This document shows positions 31,801 through 41,565 of a stretch of DNA of 64,000 bases, piece after piece. Every line of letters begins with the position of its first letter. Within the stretch, counting starts at the first letter, position 1. A model generated the notes under the pieces. It ran no database searches. It had not been told where the DNA came from and was given only the letters and a program-made list of their open reading frames with translations. A program made the position numbers and the translations under genes. The DNA is taken from contig RQSC01000032.1 in the NCBI GenBank assembly GCA_013416795.1, positions 62,001-126,000 on the forward strand, given 5' to 3'. This stretch comes from Prasinococcaceae sp. CCMP 1430 (taxonomy: Eukaryota > Plantae > Prasinodermophyta).

Positions 31801-31860
31801 GTGGGGCGACCGTCGCGTGGGGCGACCGTCGCGTGGGGCGGCCGTCGCGTGGGGCGACCG
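31801..31860. repeat. 16-bp minisatellite, 3.75 copies, with an internal hairpin
   Basis: GTGGGGCGACCGTCGC x3 (one with a single substitution) plus a partial copy; each unit carries GCGAC-C-GTCGC. Confidence 0.9.
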
Positions 31861-32382
31861 GTGCGCCGCGAAACCTGATCGAATCCTGGCCTCGGTCGGT
31901 TCGCGCCAGCGACGCGGCGGCGGGCTGCGCGTCGCGCAGAACGAGCGAGAGAGGGAGCGAACAGGGCACACCTTGATCAAAACGCAGGCGTTGGGCGCCG
32001 TTCGAGAACGGCGCGGCGAGGCGAGGAAGCGAGGCCTGCGCGCTTTGCGCACGCGCTGCGGTTGAAGGGGGGTGAGGGGGCGGGGGGGGCGGGCCACTGC
32101 GCGGGCGCTCTGCGGAGGTGGCGGACGGAGGCTCACAGAGGTGAGGGTTTCTTGTGGAGGGCGTGGCCCGTCCGGCGCGCGGCGAGTGTGTTCGCGCGAG
32201 GGGTGGGCGCAGGGTGCACCGCCGCCCTCCCCCCTCACGTCGCCGTTTCTTTTCTCGTTTTCGAGGCACACACGTCCCCCCGGCGGGAGGGGGGGGGTCG
32301 AGGGAGCGAAAGAAGGAGTGGCGCGGCTCTCGGCGACGGCCGCAGGGGCCTCAGGGGTGACGGGCGCGCACACGCCGGCGCC

Positions 32383-33762
32383 ATGACTTCGGGGGCGTCG
32401 GATGGCGTGGGCACGCCGGGCACACCGCTCGTCTCAGGCCCGCGCCTGCTGTCCGCTTCGTTCAACCAGAACTTCGAGTGCGTCGCGTGCGGCGCCCAGA
32501 AGGGCTTCCGCGTGTACAACGTCACGCCGTTCGGCAAGACGCTGCAGCGCGACTTCGGCGGTGGCATCGCACGCGTCGAGATGCTCTTCCGCTCGAACAT
32601 CCTGGCGCTGGTGGGCGGCGGGCGCTCTGCGGCGTACCCTCCGAACAAGGTCATGATATGGGACGACCACCAGAGCCGCTGCATTGGCGAGCTCTCCTTC
32701 AGGAAGGAGGTGCGCGCGGTGCGGCTGCGCAGGGACAGGGTGGTCGTCGCGCTCGAGCACAAGGTGTACGTGTACAACTTCAGCGACCTCAAGCTGCTAC
32801 ATCAGATTGAGACGGCCTCCAACACCATCGGGCTGGTCGCCCTCTCGCCTGGCAGCGCATCCACCGTGCTCGCGTGCCCCGGTATTCACTCGGGCCAAGT
32901 CCGCGTCGAGCTGTACGACTTGCGCCGCACCAAGTTCATCAACGCCCACGATGGAGCGCTCGCGTGCCTCTCCCTGTCCCTGGACGGTAGCACGCTTGCC
33001 ACCGCCAGCGAGCGCGGCACGCTCGTGCGCGTGTGGAACGCTGCGGAGGGCACGATGCTGCACGAGCTGCGCCGCGGCGCGGACAGGGCGCACATATACT
33101 CCATCGCGTTCGCTCCCGAGGCGCCCCTGCTAGCGGTGAGCTCCGAGAGGGGAACGGTGCACCTTTTCTCGCTGGCAGATAAAGGCGGTGGCTCCGACGG
33201 AAGCGCGCACAACTTACCGGGCGCAGGCGGTGGCGCCCAGGTGCAGCAGGTTGGTGGCAGCGGAGGCGGCGATGAGGCGTCCACGGCGAGGGCGAACAAA
33301 AAGAGCACCTTTGGCTGGCTGGGCGGAGTGCTTCCAAAGTATTTTAAGGTGCGACCGCGTGCGGTGCGACCGCGCCACCAGTGCGGCCTCGCCGCGTGGG
33401 CGCGCGCTGAGACTCCGGGTGTGTCCCAGGCTAGGAGTGCGCGTCGCCCGACAAGCAGCCACGCGCGTCGTGTCCCTGAAGCTGACCGCCCGAACTCTCC
33501 CTGCACTCTGCGTGTGCCCGCGCACCCTGCGCTGCGCCAACAGTCGGAGTGGTCCTTCATGCAATTCAAGCTCACAGAGGGCGTACCCTCGTCTGTGGCG
33601 TTTGCCGGGCCCAACGAGCTTGTCGCTGCGCTGGTGGATGGCACTTTCTATCGCTTCGAATTCAACGCTGCCAGCGGCGAGGGGAAGCAGGTCGCGGTCG
33701 AGAGGCTCATCACCGACGAGGAATCAGAGGCAGCGGGTGAAACCGTAGGGGGGAGCGTTTAA
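32383..33762 (+). CDS. ATG18: Autophagy PROPPIN ATG18a/WIPI3-like, 2 exons (32383-33348, 33544-33762)
   Basis: EMLFRSNILALVGGG, YPPNKVMIWDD, ATASERGTLVR, ELRRG (L/FRRG motif) and LPKYF|SEWSF. Confidence 0.95.
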   Translation: MTSGASDGVGTPGTPLVSGPRLLSASFNQNFECVACGAQKGFRVYNVTPFGKTLQRDFGGGIARVEMLFRSNILALVGGGRSAAYPPNKVMIWDDHQSRCIGELSFRKEVRAVRLRRDRVVVALEHKVYVYNFSDLKLLHQIETASNTIGLVALSPGSASTVLACPGIHSGQVRVELYDLRRTKFINAHDGALACLSLSLDGSTLATASERGTLVRVWNAAEGTMLHELRRGADRAHIYSIAFAPEAPLLAVSSERGTVHLFSLADKGGGSDGSAHNLPGAGGGAQVQQVGGSGGGDEASTARANKKSTFGWLGGVLPKYFKVRPRAVRPRHQCGLAAWARAETPGVSQARSARRPTSSHARRVPEADRPNSPCTLRVPAHPALRQQSEWSFMQFKLTEGVPSSVAFAGPNELVAALVDGTFYRFEFNAASGEGKQVAVERLITDEESEAAGETVGGSV

Positions 33763-33936
33763 ACACAGAGGGCGACGCAGGAGCATTGAGTAAGTATGCA
33801 CTTGCCGGCGCGGCGCGAGAGCAGCTCCAAGGGGTGCCTGTAGGCCCACTCGGGCTGTTTTGAAATTCGCATTGTTGTCTGCCTCGCGGTGCGTGTCCGT
33901 GGTTGCACTCGCGCGTGCGAGAGCTCTGCGCACTAG

Positions 33937-34661
33937 CTAGCTTGAGTCACCACCAAAGCCAAATGGCAATCCGAACCCGCCGCCGTCCGGCTTCTTGCCC
34001 TTGCCCTCCTGCTCTTTCCACGTTTGAAGCAGCTCCTGTGCGTGCGTGCGCGCGCGCGCGTACATGTGCGCGTGTCAGCGTGCATTTGTGCATGTGTGCG
34101 TGCGTGCGGGCGGGCGGGCGGGCGTGCAGGCGTGCGTGCCTCGATCATCTCGTCCTGTTCATCGAAGCCGAAATCATCGCGCACGCCGCGCTTTCGCAGC
34201 GCGAAGTAGTCCTCGTAGTTGCGCCTGTAGTAGCTGTCGAGCCTCTCCTTATCGTACTTCTCCTTGTTGGCCTTGGAGCGCTCGAGGAGCTCGGCGATGA
34301 GCGGCGACGTCTCGGCTGTCGCCTCATACGCTGGAGGCGGCGCCTGCGGTGGCATTCGAGGCGAGCGCGCGCTCCCCGCGTCAGCGCGCCGCACATGCAT
34401 GCGCGAGCTCCGTCACTCGCCGACATCTTGCTTGCAGCGCCCATCCCTCGCGCCGCACCTTGGCCTGAGCGCTCCCCTGTGCCAGCGCGGCCGCCCCGAG
34501 CGCCACACCGGCGAGTGCGCCACGGCGCCCCGTGCCGCGCGCCGCCGCCGCCGCTGGCCAGTCCCGCTGCAGCGACGCGCCGCCGGTCGCCGCTGCCGCG
34601 CGCGCCCAGCCGCCGCCGCGGCCGTTTGCGCCGATGACGACGCTCCCACCGCTGCTCCCAT
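33937..34661 (-). CDS. PsaN-family thylakoid lumen protein (At1g49975-like), 3 exons (34459-34661, 34140-34343, 33937-34035), with an apparent 1-nt frame break in exon 1
   Basis: ELLERSKANKEKYDKERLDSYYRRNYEDYF. Tat signal TGRRGALAGVALGAAALAQGSAQA. The transit peptide from ATG 34661 is in an adjacent frame. Confidence 0.75.
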
Positions 34662-34853
34662 CGCCTCCCTCTCCGACCCCCACTCGCGCGCCCTACGCCC
34701 CCTCTGTGCCACACTGTCGGCCGCGGCCAGCCCTCGCGCGCGCCCCTGCTGCGCATGCCACGAGCGCGCCAGCGCCAGCCCCAGCCCGGGACCACCAATT
34801 CCGCCTCCCAGCGAGGTCTCATCACACGCGTGGGAACCGGTCCCGGATGGGCG

Positions 34854-36293
34854 ATGGTCTTTCAGCGCCCGCCGGCGTCGTTTTTTCAAACGGTGGCCGG
34901 GTGCGGGTGTTGTGGCCACAGTGACGCACGCGAGCGCCCTGGGGCGGCGGCGAGGGCGAGGGGTCGCCGCCTCGCTCGCGCGCGGGCGCTCGCTCCCAGC
35001 GGCGCTTGGCCTGGCGCTGGCCGCGGTGGGGGCATCGCCCGCGCCTGCGCACGGCCGTGCGGCCAACGCGGCCATCCCGGAGGTCGCGCGCCGCTGCAAG
35101 GGCAACTCGTTCGTGAAGAGCTCGTCGGAGCGCGTCGGTCCTTCCGTCGTCCGGCTCGACACGGAGCGCGGTGGGCACCTGCGCGGAGGGGTGGGCGACC
35201 TCGACACGGGCGGCGCGGACGATCCGCTGCGTGCCGAGAAGGAGGCGCGCAACCAGCTGCGCAACTTCTTCGCGCCGGACGAGGCGCTCGTGCTCGGCAT
35301 GCCTGCTGCGCGACCGCGCTACCATCAAGGGCAGGGTTCGGGGCTGGTGCTCAGCAAGGAGGGCCTAATCCTCACCAACGCGCACGTCGTCCAGGGTGCC
35401 GACACGGTGCGCGTCACATTCACTGACGGCCGCACCCTCGAAGGCGTCGTGGCGGGCGCCGACGAGCTGACGGACCTGGCCGTTGTGCGCATCACCGAGC
35501 CCCTGCATGGCACGGAGCTCAAAGTCGCCGCACTTGGCGACAGCAGCGACCTGGACATCGGCGACTGGGTGATAGCGGTGGGCAATCCGTTCGGCCTCGA
35601 CAATACCGTCACGCTTGGCATTATCTCCAACCTGCACCGCACAAGCGCTGAGGTTGGTATCCCCGACAAGCGACTCGACTTCATACAGACTGACTGCAGC
35701 ATCAATCCGGGAAACAGCGGCGGTCCGCTCGTGAATGAGTTCGGCGAGTGAGTAGCTGCGTGCCTGCATGCCTGCCTGGGTTCCCCACCCACCCTCCCAC
35801 CCATCCACCCGCGTGCGCCAGCACACGCACCGTCGTGCTGACTTCGCGCGCTCGCAGGGTCGTCGGTATCAACACGGCCATCCATGCGGACGGGGAGGGC
35901 ATTGGCTTTGCCATACCTATAAACACGGCCAAGCGAGTGGCTGCAGCGCTCGGAGAAGGCAAGCGCGCGCGCCACTCGTACATCGGCATACAGATGGCTA
36001 ACACTGCGAGCGAGGCGGCGCGTCGTTTCGTCGTCGAGAGTGGCAGCGGCAGCAGGGCTGATCTACCGTCGGGGGTGCTCGTGCTGGGCGTTGGGGCGGG
36101 TAGCCCCGCGGAACAGGGTGGCCTTCGTGCCGGCGACGTGGTCACGCGCGTGGGTCGCAGGCCTGTGACGACCACATCCGACCTGCAGGCACAGGTTGAA
36201 GCAGCGGACGTGGGGCAAGATATCAAACTGCGCGTCCTCCGCGGCGGCAAGGCCACCACCGTGCTGGTGAAGGTTGGCGACTTCAGGCGCTAA
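34854..36293 (+). CDS. Deg/HtrA serine protease with PDZ domain (HhoA-like, organellar); intron 35748-35857; start requires a 1-nt correction
   Basis: GSGLV...LTNAHVV, DELTDLAVV, DCSINPGNSGGPL and PDZ SPAEQGGLRAGDVV. Confidence 0.9.
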
Positions 36294-36438
36294 CAGTTCG
36301 AGCGGGCTTGCGCGAGCGTGCGGCCTCCTGCCGAGCTACATATGTGGCTCGGGAGTGTACTAAATGTATGTACGATTCATTCGCTCCCACGTTCCGCTCC
36401 GGTCAAGCTCGGCGCGGGTCGCCGCGGGGCCAGTCCTG

Positions 36439-37641
36439 TCACAGACCTGGAAGGTCGGGCATCTCCAGCATGTCAGACTCGGCCTCGAACTCATCCGAGT
36501 CGTCTGTCTCGGCGTCTACGCTTTCGATGAAGTCGGCGTCGTCGATCTCCCCCGAGCGGTCGCTGGCGCTCATGTGCGAGCCCACCATGTCCATCGATAG
36601 CGCGCCCATGCCGCCGGACATGCCCTCTGAGTCCCCGCTGTACGACTCCTGAGAGAAGTCTTCTTCGATGATTGACTCGCTTTGCACTTCGTCAGCGGCC
36701 GCTGCACTGTCGAACCCAATGGCGACCTCATCGCTGCCCTCGCCTTCCTCTGCGTCGCCACTCCCGTCGCCCACTCCCCCGCCGCTCGGGAGCGCGGCCT
36801 GCGCGTCGACATCAGCTGCCTCGCCGGTGGGCCCCTCTGCGGGACTTTGGGGCCCACCTGCAGGCGCTGAGCTGCCGAGGGAGGGTGCGTCAAGCGGTTT
36901 GCCGCCGAGCGGCGTCACCCCGAGCGGCGCCAGTGGTGCGGGCTTGCCACCCAGGGGCGCGAGTGACGTGAGCGGCGCAAGGCCTCCCTTTGACGCACGC
37001 CCCTTGACATCAGGAAGCGCGCCAAGCAAGTCCGCACTGGTTTTCGGTGCTCGCCCGTCGCTTGCGTCCTGCGCCGGCCCTCTAGCAGCCTCTTGCTGCA
37101 GCGCCTGCTCCTGTTCCTGCTGCTGGTCGTCGTCTGCCGAATCGCTGAATGGCTCCTCGACTGTGTCCTCAAACTCGTCTTCGATGGAATCGTCGGTCGC
37201 GTCGTCTGCGCTGACAGCGGGGCCAGCAGTCCGCCTGGGGACGTCTGCGTCGAGCAGAGCGCCGAGCACCGTCACGAGTATCGGCTGGGCCTCATCGCTG
37301 CCGTCGATGCCGCATTCTGAGGCGATGCCTGCGCGCGTGAGTTGCGCCTCGCCCTCGGGCAGCTGCGCCTCGGCCGCGAGCACTTCCGCCGTGTGGCCGA
37401 GCCCCCCCCACGTGAGAAACTCGCGCACGATTGCCGCCGCGAGCGCCCCCCGCGGCGTCTCCACCGCCGCGGCCAGCCTGCGCGCCGCGGGCGACTTGCG
37501 TGTCGCGCCTTTGAAACCGGCCTTAGCGCGCTCCTCGACGGCGAGGAAGACGTTGGCGCGCACCGACGCTCGCAGCTCGGCGAGCACGCCGCGCCTCTCG
37601 AGCGCGGCCGCCACGAGCTCCTTCAACTCGCCGGTCTCCAT
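36439..37641 (-). CDS. FGFR1OP/FOP (CEP43)-like centriolar LisH protein
   Basis: ELKELVAAALERRGVLAELRASVRANVFLAV and AIVREFLTWGGLGHTAEVLAAE (FOP dimer/LisH), then an acidic tail. Confidence 0.8.
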   Translation of the reverse strand: METGELKELVAAALERRGVLAELRASVRANVFLAVEERAKAGFKGATRKSPAARRLAAAVETPRGALAAAIVREFLTWGGLGHTAEVLAAEAQLPEGEAQLTRAGIASECGIDGSDEAQPILVTVLGALLDADVPRRTAGPAVSADDATDDSIEDEFEDTVEEPFSDSADDDQQQEQEQALQQEAARGPAQDASDGRAPKTSADLLGALPDVKGRASKGGLAPLTSLAPLGGKPAPLAPLGVTPLGGKPLDAPSLGSSAPAGGPQSPAEGPTGEAADVDAQAALPSGGGVGDGSGDAEEGEGSDEVAIGFDSAAAADEVQSESIIEEDFSQESYSGDSEGMSGGMGALSMDMVGSHMSASDRSGEIDDADFIESVDAETDDSDEFEAESDMLEMPDLPGL

Positions 37642-38253
37642 GCCCGCCGTCTCCCTCCGGCCACCCCGCACCCGCCACCCCGCACCCAACGCCCTCGCCT
37701 CTCCCTCCAGCGCTCTCTGCCCCTCGCCCCCACCACAGGTCACCCCATCCCACCCCCAGCGGCGCGCGCGCGCACGCTCTGCGCTGTGCCGCGGCGGCCG
37801 CTGCCGCGCGCCCCCCGCCCGGCCGCGCGCGCGCTCGGGGAACCAACCGGCGCCGATTTGAAATTTGGCACAACCGCAACCGCAACCAACCGCCCTTGCC
37901 CGCCGCCACCAAAGTTCACCAAAACGAAGCCAGCGCTCAAAACATTCGAAGTCACATCAATTTAACCGACGGGATAGCCATCTCACCCTGACCCCGCCGC
38001 CTCGGATGGGCCCCACCACGTCGCACGAGCGGCACGTTTGAAATGGGGTTCGAAACGTTGCGGCGATGCGCGTGCGCCTCTGCGCCGTGTGTGGGCCAGT
38101 GCGCGCGCGGTGGGCGGGCAGTGGCTGGGCGGGCGGGCGAACGGGCTCGTTCGCGGTCGGGAGGGCCCGCACATTGTAAGGCGGGGTTGGCTCCTGTGCG
38201 TTCGACGCGCTGGCTTGGCGGCCACGGGCAGGTCGCGGCGACGGCCGCGCGAG

Positions 38254-39060
38254 ATGGCGCCGCCGCGCTTCACTGCGCTCTACGAGCTGCTCGGCGTGCC
38301 GCCCGACGCGTCGGCGAGCGCGATCAAGAAGGCGTACCACAAGCTGGCGGTCGCAACGCACCCGGACAGATGCGCGGACGCGGACGCGACGGAACGCTTC
38401 CAGAAACTGCAGGCCGTCTACGAGGTACTACGCGACGCGGAGCGCCGTGCGCTCTACGACGAGACGGGCGCGACTGGCGAGGACGACGCGGGCATCCCGG
38501 GCGCAAACTGTGCGGACTTCGACGAGCTCAAGGCCTTCTGGAAGAGCATGCACGAGGAGGTGACGGAGGAGAAGATCGCCGAGTTCGCCGCGAGCTATCG
38601 CGGCAGCGAGGAGGAGGAGGCTGACTTGCTCGCCAACTACGAACGCTTCGGTGGCGACATGCGGCGAGTGTACGAGGTGTCGATGTGCTCGGAGGAGGGC
38701 GAGGACGACGGGCGCCTCAAGGATTTCTTCGACGCCAAGATCGGGGCGGGGGACATTGAGGCGACGGCGGCGTACAAGAAATGGGCGAAGAAGGTCGCCA
38801 GCGCAAAGCCCAGGAGGCGGAAGGGCGCCAAGGCCAAGCAGCAGGAGCAGGCGAGCATGAGCGCGCTCATCGCGCAGATATCTGGCCGCAGCGCGGCGCG
38901 AGCAGCCGGCGGCTCGTGGGCGGACCGCTTCGGCGTCAACATGGACGACGACCCGCTGGCCTCGGACGACGCCTTCCTTGCGGCGCAGGCCAGGCTAGGC
39001 GTGAGCAGGGGAGGCGTCGAGAAACCCAGGAAGGGCAAGGGCAGGGCGAAGGCGCGGTGA
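38254..39060 (+). CDS. DnaJ protein, DNAJC9-like
   Basis: J domain LYELLGV...[15 protein letters not shown]...RALYDETG, and [12 protein letters not shown] typical of DNAJC9. Confidence 0.9.
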   Translation: MAPPRFTALYELLGVPPDASASAIKKAYHKLAVATHPDRCADADATERFQKLQAVYEVLRDAERRALYDETGATGEDDAGIPGANCADFDELKAFWKSMHEEVTEEKIAEFAASYRGSEEEEADLLANYERFGGDMRRVYEVSMCSEEGEDDGRLKDFFDAKIGAGDIEATAAYKKWAKKVASAKPRRRKGAKAKQQEQASMSALIAQISGRSAARAAGGSWADRFGVNMDDDPLASDDAFLAAQARLGVSRGGVEKPRKGKGRAKAR

Positions 39061-39341
39061 GCGCCAGCGCGCTCCGCACCTCTCGCGCTCGCCGCTGGCG
39101 GTCATGTATCCCCTCGCTAGCTGGCACGCCCCGGCCCGCGGCACATGTACTCTACACCGTCTCTCGCACGCGACGCCAGCCTCCGCGCCGCCGCTCTGCG
39201 CCGCGCTACCCACGACGCCGACCTGAGCTGAAGGTGGTGTTGTCGTCGAGTTTGCTTTCGATTTGCCCTGATTTTTTAGCGAGCGAGTGCGCGAACGCGA
39301 CCGCCGCCGCACACTGCGCGCCCATCGCGGGGCGCGCAGGC

Positions 39342-41162
39342 ATGGCGGCCATGGCGGAGACGCAGGCGCCGGCTCCGGCGCGCTGGCGCACGGCCGAGTT
39401 CGGGGCGTACTACGTGGTCGTCGCAAGCGCGCTCGCGTGGATGGTCGTGATGGGTGCGCGCGTGTCGGATTCGCTCGCAGCGCGGACGGGGCCTGAGGCG
39501 CTGCGCGGCGTGATGCTGCACGGCGCGTGGATCCCGGGGCGGCGTGTCGACGCGTCTGACGGGCAGTGGCGCGACATGCGCGCGGGCCTGCCGGCGCTCG
39601 TGACGCTGCTTGGCGCGCACGCGGCGATCTCGCGCGCCGCGCACGCGGCGGGCGGGCCGCGCGTGCAATTTGCTGTCCGCTCGGCGTTGAGCGCGGCGTT
39701 CGTGTTCCACCTACACGGCGCGCTCGCGCTGGCGCCTGTTGCGCTCGCGGTTGGCAACTACGCGCTCGCGAAGGGGCTGCACGCTCTCCACGCTCCGAGG
39801 GCCATCGCGATTAGCGCGCTTTGGGGCGTCAATGTGGCGATGATGTTGCACGTGTATGTGCACAGGGGGTACGGCGTGCAGGTCGCGGGAGTGCTCGCGT
39901 CGCTGTGGGGCGGCACACAAGCTGGGGCCGGAGCACAGGCCGGCCACCTGCGCGCGTGGCAAGCGCGCATCACCGGCGTGCGCGACTGGCACGGGACGTG
40001 CTTCAATTTTCAGGTGCTGCGTATGGTGAGCTTCGCCCTCGACTACTGGGATGCGCGCCGTGGCGTGCGCGCTCGCGCCTGCCTCGAGGCGGGCTCTTAC
40101 GCTGCCGCCGTCGAGGAGAGCCTCCCGGTGGAGGCGTATGGCCTCTCGACGTACCTGCTGTATATCTTCTACACGCCGCTGTACCTCGCTGGTCCGATTG
40201 CTACATTCAACGCGTGGGCCGCGCAGGCGTGGCCTGGTAGCGCGGGCACTCAGCCTAGCACCGTTGGCAGGAGCGGCGCTAGTGGCAGCACGGATGGCGG
40301 GGGGGGCGATGGCGGGGGCCGTGCTCTGGCGGATGGCCAGGACGCTTCCAGCCCGCGCGTGCGGTCCGCATGCTCCGCGCGGGCTGTTCTCACCTACGGC
40401 GCGCGCTGGGGCATGCTGCTGCTCCTGTTGGAGACAATGACCCACTACCTGTATTTTAATGCGATCGCTACCAGCCCGAGCGCGTGGGACAGGGCGCGCA
40501 ATCTGGTTGGCGCGGCCCCCGCGAGTGTGTTGTGCGCCTACTGGGTGCTCAACTTCATGTGGCTCAAGTTCGCAACTATCTGGCGGCTTTTCCGTCTGGG
40601 CGCGCTCGCCGATGGCGTGGAGTGCCCTGAGAACATGACGAGGAATGTGAACGAATCGCTCGACATTCAGGGCTTCTGGAAGGGGTGGCATGCCAGCTAC
40701 AACAAATGGCTGGTTCGGTACATGTACCTGCCACTGGGTGGCAGCAGGTGGAAGTTGCTCAATATGTGGCCCATCTTCACGTTTGTGGCGCTGTGGCACG
40801 ATCTCGAGATGAAACTGTTTGCGTGGGCTTGGGCAATGGCACTCTTTGGCGCGCCAGAGGTCATTGCAAAGACCCTCAGCGCGAGGCTACTGAGCGAGCA
40901 GGCTCGGGCATCCGACAGCTTCCGCTGGCTCACGGCCTTTGGCGCCTCGTGGTACATCGTGTTCTTGATGGCCGCCAACCTGGCGGGCTTCGTCGCAGGC
41001 CCGGAAGGCGCCGTTCGAGCGCTCAGGGATGTTTTTGTCGACGGCGGTCTGCAAGCCAAGCGCGTCGCTGTGGGTGCGATGCTCTTCTTGTTCAGCCTCG
41101 CGCATCTCAACCTCGAGAAGCGCGCAGGGGAGGACAGGCGCAAAAAGTCCAAGTCGACGTAA
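39342..41162 (+). CDS. MBOAT acyltransferase, GUP1/HHAT-like
   Basis: [54 protein letters not shown] and FTFVALWHD. Confidence 0.9.
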   Translation: MAAMAETQAPAPARWRTAEFGAYYVVVASALAWMVVMGARVSDSLAARTGPEALRGVMLHGAWIPGRRVDASDGQWRDMRAGLPALVTLLGAHAAISRAAHAAGGPRVQFAVRSALSAAFVFHLHGALALAPVALAVGNYALAKGLHALHAPRAIAISALWGVNVAMMLHVYVHRGYGVQVAGVLASLWGGTQAGAGAQAGHLRAWQARITGVRDWHGTCFNFQVLRMVSFALDYWDARRGVRARACLEAGSYAAAVEESLPVEAYGLSTYLLYIFYTPLYLAGPIATFNAWAAQAWPGSAGTQPSTVGRSGASGSTDGGGGDGGGRALADGQDASSPRVRSACSARAVLTYGARWGMLLLLLETMTHYLYFNAIATSPSAWDRARNLVGAAPASVLCAYWVLNFMWLKFATIWRLFRLGALADGVECPENMTRNVNESLDIQGFWKGWHASYNKWLVRYMYLPLGGSRWKLLNMWPIFTFVALWHDLEMKLFAWAWAMALFGAPEVIAKTLSARLLSEQARASDSFRWLTAFGASWYIVFLMAANLAGFVAGPEGAVRALRDVFVDGGLQAKRVAVGAMLFLFSLAHLNLEKRAGEDRRKKSKST

Positions 41163-41165
41163 TAT

Positions 41166-41189
41166 TAGTGGTAGTGGTAGTGGTAGTGG
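41166..41189. repeat. (TAGTGG)4 microsatellite just after the MBOAT stop
   Basis: Directly visible. Confidence 0.85.
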
Positions 41190-41565
41190 CACTAGACCAA
41201 ATCCTTTCTCCCTCCAGTAGCAATGCTTCTCCGCGTCGGAGCGCAGTAGAGCCGCAATCGCCTCGTCGAGCGTCGCCGGGCTAGGGGGGAGCGTCGCGGA
41301 GCTACTCCAGCGCGCTCGCATGACGGGCGACCATGCTGGCGCGCCCTTCCCCGCCACGGGCCGCGGGCTCTGCCCGGGCGGCACCATCCGCGCCGCTCGC
41401 GCGCACAACACGCGCCTGCCGCATGTGCGGATTCTGGCGCGCATCCGTTCACGAATCGGAGGAATGACTGGGGGTCTGCCCCGCTCGCCACAGCGGCAGC
41501 TCGCCACGCGGGTGTGCCCGGGGAGGGGGGGGGGGGAGGGGAGGTGCCCGCCCCGCCCCGCAGCG

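Noticed and set aside
31801-31860. Palindromic direct repeats as a possible CRISPR array
   Set aside because: Units are contiguous with no spacers, only 16 bp long, in a eukaryotic context with no cas genes.
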